From positions 6,861-70,860 of the forward strand of contig JACDED010000004.1 in NCBI GenBank assembly GCA_013816615.1: DNA of 64,000 nucleotides, read 5' to 3'. Numbering within the stretch: the first letter of the stretch is position 1; each line of letters begins with the position of its first letter. This document shows, piece by piece, positions 57,043 through 64,000 of this stretch. The translations under genes and the position numbers were made by a program. The notes under the pieces were generated by a model, which was given only the letters and a program-made list of their open reading frames with translations, searched no databases and had not been told where the DNA came from. Source of the stretch: Bacteroidota bacterium (GTDB lineage: Bacteria > Bacteroidota > Bacteroidia > B-17B0 > Aurantibacillaceae).

Positions 57043-58446
57043 TCAACGTTTATTCATCCTGACGATCTTCGGCAAAAAGCTTCCTTCTATTTTTACAAGA
57101 TCTTGCTGGCAGCTCATAACTGTTTCAATATCCTTGTAAGCATAAGGCGCTTCTTCTACACTTCCACCAATTAGCTTAATACCCGCAGCCGTTAGCTGAT
57201 CCTTCATAAATTTTTTAGTTATACTTTCACGCGCTTCGGTTCGCGACATTTTTCTTCCTGCACCATGCGAGGCAGAATTTAATGAGCCTGGGTTTCCTAA
57301 ACCGCTCACAATAAATCCACGCGTACACATGCTGCCCGGTATAATGCCTGGTTCGCCTTTAGCTGCCGGTGTTGCACCTTTACGGTGTACAATTAATTCG
57401 CGGCCGTCATGTATTTCTTTCCATGCAAAATTGTGATGGTTCTCGATCTTCGCGATCGTATTTAATCCCATCGCACATTTCATATTTGCATGAATTACAT
57501 CATGACATGCTTTTGCATAGTCGCCTGCTAAGTTCATCGAGAGCCAGTATTCTTGCCCGGCTTCTTCATCCAGGCTTAACCAGGCTAATGATTGTGCTTC
57601 CTTTGGCAACTTACATTTTTGGCTGGCAATTTTTGTGTACATAGCTGCAATTGCTGCACCCATACCACGCGAACCGCTGTGAGTTAACAAGCCCATATAA
57701 TTTCCCGGATCTAATCCAAGTGTATTATCATCGGCAATTGTTACTTCACCGAATTCCACAAAATGGTTTCCGGTGCCCGATGTTCCTAATTGATACCGGG
57801 CTTTGTTATGCAAGCGCTTTAATAATTCTGTCGCCTGAAATTCCGGTCTCTCCAAAATCTCGTGATCAACTTCAAAATCAAGCGTGCCTTCATTTCCAAA
57901 ATGGGTACAACGGCGTAGTGCTTTTTGCAGTTCAAATTCTTTTTTGCGAATATGATCTGCAGGCAAGTCATAAATACTTAAAGCCATGCGGCAGCCAATA
58001 TCCAAACCAACACCAAAAGGGATCACAGCATTTTCCACTGCAAGTACTCCACCAATTGGCAAACCGTAACCGTAATGCGCATCGGGCATTAAAGCGCCCT
58101 TTACTGCAATTGGTAAACGAATAGCCGATTCCATTTGCTTGTAAGCATTTTGCGAAATTTGCTGTTCACCATATACATTAAAACTGCCTGTGTCCTTCAA
58201 CATATGCACTTCGTAATTGGTTTTTAATTTTGGCTTACCAACAAGGGCCCTGGCTAATGGTTCTAAAGCGTGGTGCTCAAGAAAATCTTCAGGTTTTAAA
58301 AGAACGTTTTTTAATATTTCTAGTTTTTCATCATGCGTAGCATGTTTATAATGCTTGGTCATAATATTAAGAGCCAGACTCTTTGCTATATCCGAAGGGA
58401 AATCGATCTTACGCAAGTGTTTTCCCTTCATGCGGTTTTTTCCCAT
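57043..58446 (-). CDS. rtcB: RNA-splicing ligase RtcB (3'-phosphate/5'-OH RNA ligase)
   Basis: 467 aa with LMPDAHYGYGLPIGG, GVGLDIGCRM, GTSGTGNHFVEF, HSGSRG, ENHHNFAW and GSMCT motifs of the RtcB family. Confidence 0.92.
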   Translation of the reverse strand: MGKNRMKGKHLRKIDFPSDIAKSLALNIMTKHYKHATHDEKLEILKNVLLKPEDFLEHHALEPLARALVGKPKLKTNYEVHMLKDTGSFNVYGEQQISQNAYKQMESAIRLPIAVKGALMPDAHYGYGLPIGGVLAVENAVIPFGVGLDIGCRMALSIYDLPADHIRKKEFELQKALRRCTHFGNEGTLDFEVDHEILERPEFQATELLKRLHNKARYQLGTSGTGNHFVEFGEVTIADDNTLGLDPGNYMGLLTHSGSRGMGAAIAAMYTKIASQKCKLPKEAQSLAWLSLDEEAGQEYWLSMNLAGDYAKACHDVIHANMKCAMGLNTIAKIENHHNFAWKEIHDGRELIVHRKGATPAAKGEPGIIPGSMCTRGFIVSGLGNPGSLNSASHGAGRKMSRTEARESITKKFMKDQLTAAGIKLIGGSVEEAPYAYKDIETVMSCQQDLVKIEGSFLPKIVRMNKR

Positions 58447-58632
58447 GTTTCATTTTTTGTTTCGGGCATAGATTTTCCATGACGATGTTATCGCCGATTG
58501 GATAAATGCAAAAAGCATTTTACGATCTTACCCGAAGATTTTTTTTAATAAATTATTTTTTTGTTGTTCCGGATATTTTTTCTGCCTGGCAGAAAAACTG
58601 TTCTAAACTTTATTGGGTTTAGCACAAATAAA

Positions 58633-58655
58633 AAACCCGGCTTTAAACCGGGCTG
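58633..58655 (-). terminator. candidate intrinsic terminator (minus strand)
   Basis: The minus strand reads AGCCCGGTTTAAAGCCGGGTTTTTTATTTG: a short GC stem followed by a T-run. It lies about 300 nt downstream of the thioredoxin-family gene and upstream of rtcB. Confidence 0.45.
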
Positions 58656-58952
58656 AATGTATTGATAATAGCAGACTTCCGGCTTAAGGTTTCGTATTGA
58701 ATTTTGCTACTAACATTGGTTTTTCTTTTTATTTGTTTTAAATGATTATAAATTTCTGACACAAATGTAAATGTTATTTTTTAATTAAAACAAATTAATT
58801 TTTTAAAAAAAGGTGAATTAATTTTTGAATATCTTTCTATGTCCCTCAAAACGTCAGTAAAATCAATACTCGTGAGGCTTAAGTAGAATTATTATAAATT
58901 AAATAAAATATATTCTGACTGAGTGAAGCTCTACTATTTATTTGTGAATATA

Positions 58953-59417
58953 TTAATCATTCATAAATTTTTTAAGTACCGGCGCCATATTTTTTGGAAT
59001 GTTCTCATCCCAGGCACCCCCATCTGTTTTTTTGATCACCTTTCCGTTTGCATCTACACGCAAAAAAGTCGGATACGATCTTACTGCATATTTTGTAAGA
59101 CCTATTTGTTCTCTTTCACCATCAACATCGGCATCGATCATAATAAGCGTAACATCTTTTAAAGCATCCAACATTAACGGATCGTTAAGCGAATTTTTAA
59201 ATTGCTTGCAAGGCCCGCACCAGGTAGCGGTAAAAAACAATACCGGTTTACGTTTAGCCGCTAACTCATTTTTTACAATGATCGATAGTTGATCTTTATT
59301 GGTAGCATTACCATAATAATCTATTTTTTTAATGGTTTCGCTTTTTTTGTACGAAAAGGAAAGGGTCATTAAGACAACACTAATAATTGTGAAAGATTTC
59401 AGGATCAGATGTTTCAT
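58953..59417 (-). CDS. secreted thioredoxin-family protein
   Basis: Signal peptide and the WCGPCK active site. Confidence 0.85.
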   Translation of the reverse strand: MKHLILKSFTIISVVLMTLSFSYKKSETIKKIDYYGNATNKDQLSIIVKNELAAKRKPVLFFTATWCGPCKQFKNSLNDPLMLDALKDVTLIMIDADVDGEREQIGLTKYAVRSYPTFLRVDANGKVIKKTDGGAWDENIPKNMAPVLKKFMND

Positions 59418-59482
59418 GATTTTCTTTTAAAGATACATTTTTTTAAACCCATATTCACATTGTGTATTTACACGGAAATAAA

Positions 59483-60118
59483 CGCCTTGAATCGAGCCTT
59501 TTCGAAATACCTGCCTAGTCAAGGCTCAAGTGTAATTTTAGAACGGCGATAATGCCTAAATATATTAATTGCATTACGTTCTAAAATAACCAACGTGTTA
59601 AAAATTAAAACATAAATCAAATGGAATTTCTTTAAGGCCGAATACTGTGTTTGCTTACGCTGTCGATTCACATTGTGTGCTTACGCGCACTAAAAGCCGT
59701 AAGCACACAGTGGTGGTTTGGCCTCAAAGAAATTCAGTAGATTTTTTGATTTGTTTTTTCACCACGGTAATTCTAAAATGTAAATTAATTTTTGAATTTG
59801 AGCGGTTTTGCCATTTTAGAATTACACTCGAGCCCTGACTAGTCCTTATTTCCAAAGAAGCTCCATTCAGGGCGACGCTAAAAAAAGCAAATCATTAAAA
59901 ATCAAAGAATTTGTTTGTGAGCCTTGATTTTTTGTTTCTTTTTCATCAAGGAAAAAGATATGAAAGAGATTTAAGAAGCCTTTGCTTACTTGAATCAAGC
60001 CAAATTGAGTCTGGAAATATTTAAACATTTTTCATTCCACTTTTTCTTGATAAAAAGTGGAGCAAAAATCAAGGCTGCAAAGAAATTCAAGGATTTATTT
60101 GTTTTAATTTTTCGTCAT
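59483..60118. repeat. 636-bp tandem repeat unit, copy 1 (composite of several sub-modules)
   Basis: Starts CGCCTTGAATCGAGCC. The next copy starts exactly 636 bp later. Confidence 0.9.
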
Positions 60119-60614
60119 CGCCTTGAATCGAGCCTTTTCGAAATACCTGCCTAGTCAAGGCTCAAGTGTAATTTTAGAACGGCGATAATGCCTAAATATA
60201 TTAATTGCATTACGTTCTAAAATAACCAGCGTGTTAAAAATTAAAACATAAATCCAATGGAATTTCTTTAAGGCCGAATACTGTGTTTGCTTACGCTGTC
60301 GATTCACATTGTGTGCTTACGCGCACTAAAAGCCGTAAGCACACAATGGTGGAGGGGCCTCAAACAAATTCAGTAGATTTTTTGATTTGTTTTTTCACCA
60401 CGGTAATTCTAAAATGTAAATTAATTTTTGAATTTTAGCGGTTTTGCCATTTTAGAATTACACTCGAGCCCTGACTAGTCCTTATTTCTAAAGAAGCTCC
60501 ATTCAGGGCGACACTAAAAAAAGCAAATCATTAAAAATCAAAGAATTTGTTTGTGAGCCTTGATTTTTTGTTTCTTTTTCATCAAGGAAAAAGATATGAA
60601 AGAGATTTAGGAAG
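60119..60614. repeat. tandem repeat unit, copy 2 (first 496 bp of the unit)
   Basis: My manual alignment to 59483-59978 gives 11 substitutions and no indels. Similarity breaks after GATTTAGGAAG. Confidence 0.9.
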
Positions 60615-60650
60615 AAAAAAAGAGCAAACAATTAAAAATAGAATTAGTAA

Positions 60651-60692
60651 GTTCCTCCCCCGTCGCTTCGCGCCACCCCCTCTAGCGGGGGA
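60651..60692. repeat. GC-rich REP-like hairpin (CCCCCTCTAGCGGGGG)
   Basis: GTTCCTCCCCCGTCGCTTCGCGCCACCCCCTCTAGCGGGGGA. A second copy lies at 61768-61810 with a different loop (CCCCCTCCAAAGGGGG). Confidence 0.7.
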
Positions 60693-60908
60693 TACTGTGT
60701 GTGCTTACTGTTTATATCCGCGTAAGCACACAATGGTGCTTGGCATTTTAAAATTTCTCGTAAAAAAATCTTAGCCTTCAAAAGGGTTGGCTTGTGTGAA
60801 TTCTACGCGCAGGCTGGCTCAAATGTATCTTAATACATTTGCCCTCTCTCGCGAAGCGCTTAAATCATCCGGCTTTGATGGCTAATGATTTTTAGAGAAA
60901 TTTTAAGA

Positions 60909-61097
60909 AGCCTTGATTTTTTGTTTCTTTTTCATCAAGGAAAAAGATATGCAAAAGATTTAAGAAGCCTTTGCTTACTTTTGGATCAAGCCAAATTGAG
61001 CCTGGAAATTATTTAAACATTTTTCATTCCACTTTTTCTTGATAAAAAGTGGAGCAAAAATCAAGGCTGCAAAGAAATTCCAGGATTTATTTGTTTT
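60909..61097. repeat. second copy of the distal ~186 bp of the 636-bp unit
   Basis: Collinear with 59920-60105 (CCTTGAT...ATCAAGG hairpin, CCTTTGCTTACT, CCACTTTTTCTTGATAAAAAGTGG hairpin), with small indels. Confidence 0.85.
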
Positions 61098-61421
61098 TTT
61101 TTTTAAATCTTTTTAATAGGCACGCAGATGTTTCAGTTTTCCATTTTGATCTTTTGCAGAGATAGTAGCTGTCTAAGCTAGGCGTTTAGTTGAATAGGCA
61201 GATAGAAAAGAGGTTTAGACAGGCTGCGGTCTTTTTTTCGCTGTAGCTACCGCGCGAAAAAAAGAATCTCCTTCAAAAGATCGAAAGCGTTTTGGTTACT
61301 TTTGCGCGCCAAAAGTGACAAAAGAAATTTATTTTTTTTCAAAAAAGAGATTGAGGCATTTCCTCTCCCACCCTCCGGCACCCTTCCGAGGCAAACTCGG
61401 GACAAGTTCTCCAGAGAGGGA

Positions 61422-61731
61422 CATTGTATTTTGCTTACGCGGACTATACACCGTAAGCACACAATGGTGGAGTGGCCTCAAAGAAATTCAGTAGATTTTT
61501 TGATTTGTTTTTTCACCAAGGTAATTCTAAAATGTAAATTAATTTTTGAATTTGAGCGGTTTTGCCATTTTAGAATTACACTTGAGCCCTGACTAGTCTT
61601 TATTTCCAAAGAAGCTCCATTCAGGGCGACGCTAAAAAAAGCAAATCATTAAAATCAAAGAATTTCTTTGTGAGCCTTGATTTTTTGTTTCTTTTTCATC
61701 AAGGAAAAAGATATGCAAAAGATTTAGGAAG
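61422..61731. repeat. third, 5'-truncated copy of the repeat unit
   Basis: Collinear with 59671-59978, from the GCTTACG hairpin through the right inverted repeat and the CCTTGAT hairpin. The hairpin's left arm and loop have diverged. Confidence 0.85.
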
Positions 61732-61767
61732 AAAAAAGTGAGCACAGAATTAAAATAGAATTAGTAA

Positions 61768-61810
61768 GTTCCTCCCCCGTCGCTTCGCGCCACCCCCTCC
61801 AAAGGGGGAC
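61768..61810. repeat. GC-rich REP-like hairpin, second copy
   Basis: GTTCCTCCCCCGTCGCTTCGCGCCACCCCCTCCAAAGGGGGAC. It is preceded by the same AAAATAGAATTAGTAA leader as the copy at 60651. Confidence 0.7.
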
Positions 61811-62168
61811 ACTGAGTGCATTTAATGCAATAAACCCACCACTTGCAAAACAAAAACTACCTCTTATTGAAAGCAATAATTTGCAAGCTCAAAAATAAAT
61901 AACTTTGATCTGTAACTAATGTTCACTTTTTAAATTATATGGTTATGAAACAGATTCTTATAGACGCAGGTACCTACCTCAGCATTGCCGCACTTCTTTT
62001 ATTAGGTTACGGTTTTTTCTTACTTACTATCAGCTAATATTTTGCATCCGGCACACTGTAAATTAAGAGATTTAATTACTCTTAATTTACATTCTTTGCC
62101 TTCATTATTCTGATCGTATTTGTAAGTACCCAATATGGGTTAACCTTAAACAAATTCTTTACAGTTTA

Positions 62169-62340
62169 TAGTTCGCGTGAGCAAACACAGCATAGCGGCC
62201 TTATAAAATTGAACGTTAAAAAATTTTTTTGGCTTTAATTGCGAAAGCGAAAATTTTCCGAACTAGGAGTTCAGTAGCTTCGTGATAAATTTTCGTGCGG
62301 TTTGCGCGGGGAAGCCATGCTGTTTGAGAGCACACGAATT
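62169..62340. repeat. ~170-bp nested inverted-repeat element
   Basis: The outer arms AGTTCGCGTGAGCAAACACAGCATAGCGGCC (62169-62199) and GGAAGCCATGCTGTTTGAGAGCACACGAATT (62310-62340) are imperfect reverse complements. Inner pairs are CGAAAATTT/AAATTTTCG and GAACT-AGG-AGTTC. Confidence 0.55.
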
Positions 62341-62656
62341 TTACCCTGGCTCGAGTTCATGGCTTCAGCTTAAAGCAAAAAGATTTTAGTTCAATTTTAT
62401 GAAGCCTTGACTTTTTTAGTTCCAAACGCACTGTCCGGCTCAATGCTATCGCATTGCCCTTTGTTAAGACAAAAAGTGACGCCAAAATTCATAAGCAAAA
62501 AAGTGAGAACAGAATTAAGAAACTATTTTAATTTCTTTTTAATCCACTTTTTCTTGATAAAAAGTGAAGCAAACAAACCACTCAACAAACTATACCACTT
62601 ATAAAAATGTATTTAAACACTCTAATAAATACATATCTTTGAAATGATCAAACATT

Positions 62657-63361
62657 ATGCATATCAAAAAAGTTAAGCCCGTTTTATTTGTTTTTATGAT
62701 CGTATTATCAGCTTTGCATTTAAATGCGCAGGATAGTCTTCGTAAAAGAAAAGTGTATATAGGCTTTACATTTTCATCTGCCCACTACAGGGCTTTTTTT
62801 CCGGGCCTTCCCGCACAGTCTTCCGAAATACAGGAACGTTTTCCTTATCGTTTTGGTATAGATCTGAAGATAAAATTAACGCAGCAACTAAATTTTACAA
62901 CCGGTTTATTATTTGATGCAACAAGCTTTGTATATGATGTAAAATACGATTATACACCTTCTGCTACTTCACCAAAAACAAACCCTATCGGCTATAAAAT
63001 TATTCGTAAATCTTACAGCATGGGTGTTCCATTGAGATTGGATCTAAAATTTATAAATGCAAATATCTCACCGTTTGCAACAGTCGGTTTTTTTCCAAGC
63101 TATTATGTGGGATCGGATTACCGCATAATTCAAACTTATGAAGATGGGCATGAAGAAAAAGATGGTTACAATAATTTATTTAAAGGTGCTGATAGTTATA
63201 TTAAGATGAATTACCAGATTGGTGCGGGTATTGATATAAATGTAAACAGGTTTAAATTTCAGGTATACCCTTTATATGAATTCGGATTTTTAACCCGTTT
63301 TTCGCCTGCTTATTACTATCACCGCATTGGTGGAGCAATTTCCACTTCTTACGGCTTTTAA
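62657..63361 (+). CDS. outer-membrane beta-barrel (porin-family) protein
   Basis: Signal peptide, amphipathic beta-strand pattern and an aromatic C-terminus (STSYGF). It resembles the 51024-51716 protein in type. Confidence 0.7.
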   Translation: MHIKKVKPVLFVFMIVLSALHLNAQDSLRKRKVYIGFTFSSAHYRAFFPGLPAQSSEIQERFPYRFGIDLKIKLTQQLNFTTGLLFDATSFVYDVKYDYTPSATSPKTNPIGYKIIRKSYSMGVPLRLDLKFINANISPFATVGFFPSYYVGSDYRIIQTYEDGHEEKDGYNNLFKGADSYIKMNYQIGAGIDINVNRFKFQVYPLYEFGFLTRFSPAYYYHRIGGAISTSYGF

Positions 63362-63660
63362 TCCAAATTTAATTTACATGGCTTTCAGAAAATTCATCTT
63401 GATTTTTTGGAACAGGAATTAGATCTGGTGTAGGTGTGGGGATTGTATTTTTAGTTTCCATGATTTCTATTTTACTATATATAAGGCAAAGTCAAACCCG
63501 TGTTTTATCATTTATTTCCGCATAAAAAAGGTAAAAAATTACACGCTTTATTTTTATTTCTACAGTTTTTCTATTTTCAGCGTAACAGAATTCATAAAAA
63601 TAAAATCAAGAAAAAAAAGATATCTTTTTTAAGAGATGTTCGTACTCGTACCGGGTAAAA

Positions 63661-64000
63661 TTAATTTGGAAAATAGTAGAAATTATTTTCAGCATCTACA
63701 ATGCCAAAATTAGCAGAGACCAATTTATGGTTTTCATAATAGCAATCTAAACCTGCGGCATCAAAGCTGATCCGTTTTTCGCCCCACTCGTGTGTTTCGG
63801 TATCGGTTAAAGCAAAACCATTTGCTTTCATAAGATCTATCAGTTCTTTCTCTTTTAGCGTAAACAATTTAACATCAAATAACAATGTTTCCTTGTTATC
63901 TATTTCAACACTTGAAAAGGTTTGATTTTTGTTGTTATCGAAGAACAGAGAAAAGCCCAGATCCCAGTAGTGGTAAACTAACGACGAAGTATTTAAAATA
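63661..64000 (-). CDS. hypothetical protein, N-terminus outside the window
   Basis: The minus-strand frame stays open upstream of the track's TTG start, reading ...YHYWDLGFSLFFDNNKNQTFSSVEIDNKETLLFDVKLF... to the window edge. No family recognised. Confidence 0.5.
   Translation of the reverse strand, partial: ILNTSSLVYHYWDLGFSLFFDNNKNQTFSSVEIDNKETLLFDVKLFTLKEKELIDLMKANGFALTDTETHEWGEKRISFDAAGLDCYYENHKLVSANFGIVDAENNFYYFPN

Noticed and set aside
59460-62600. CRISPR array as an explanation for the repeat-dense zone
   Set aside because: The repeat units are 186-636 bp and mosaic, not short (about 24-48 bp) direct repeats with unique spacers at constant period. No cas genes are in the window.
59647-62604. 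Track ORFs inside the repeat zone (59647-59838, 60547-60774, 61247-61462, 61302-61592, 62407-62604) as protein genes
   Set aside because: They lie entirely within repeated non-coding modules. Their similar C-terminal halves (59647 and 61302) simply reflect the DNA repeat. The sequences are low-complexity or Cys/Phe-rich with no family resemblance, and the copies are truncated at repeat boundaries rather than codon-aware positions.
63379-63465. 28-codon minus-strand ORF (METKNTIPTPTPDLIPVPKNQDEFSESHV) in the spacer after the porin-like gene
   Set aside because: It is too short, has no recognisable motif and has no supporting context.

Overview
AT-rich chromosomal segment whose gene content points to Bacteroidota: a T9SS C-terminal sorting domain protein, a TonB-dependent receptor/DUF4249 pair, LytTR regulators, WG-repeat proteins and a TAnnTTTG-type promoter box. 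I cannot resolve the taxon further. I support about 55 protein genes, one tRNA-Leu(TAG), several gene remnants and several families of non-coding repeats. Layout: (1) housekeeping genes (maeB, uvrC, hisS, hutH, ppa, gap) mixed with sensor kinases. (2) A polysaccharide/O-antigen-type locus at about 14.9-27.2 kb, with a Wzt-like ABC ATPase, a DegT aminotransferase, an epimerase/reductase, two hexapeptide acyltransferases, five glycosyltransferases, an FkbM methyltransferase, a polytopic membrane protein and galE. It lacks a Wzm permease in the window and carries gene remnants. (3) Two LytTR-type signalling clusters, each next to a WG-repeat protein. (4) A stress-type block (SgcJ-like, DUF892 ferritin-like, DUF72, cupin, lmo0937-like peptide, TspO) containing an Fpg/Nei glycosylase gene interrupted by one in-frame TGA. 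(5) A co-oriented rtcB-prfH ribosome-repair pair followed by an unusual soluble Clp-D2-like AAA+ / FtsH-type M41 protease fusion, which is my best candidate for an undescribed system extension. (6) A roughly 3.1-kb almost gene-free zone (59.46-62.6 kb) of mosaic tandem and dispersed repeats, with terminal-inverted-repeat units, conserved-stem/variable-loop hairpins and GC-rich REP-like hairpins. A separate GC-rich 225-bp inverted-repeat element sits at 2.39-2.62 kb. I saw no CRISPR array, cas gene, transposase, integrase or phage gene. All coordinates and alignments were done by eye, with no database search or folding.
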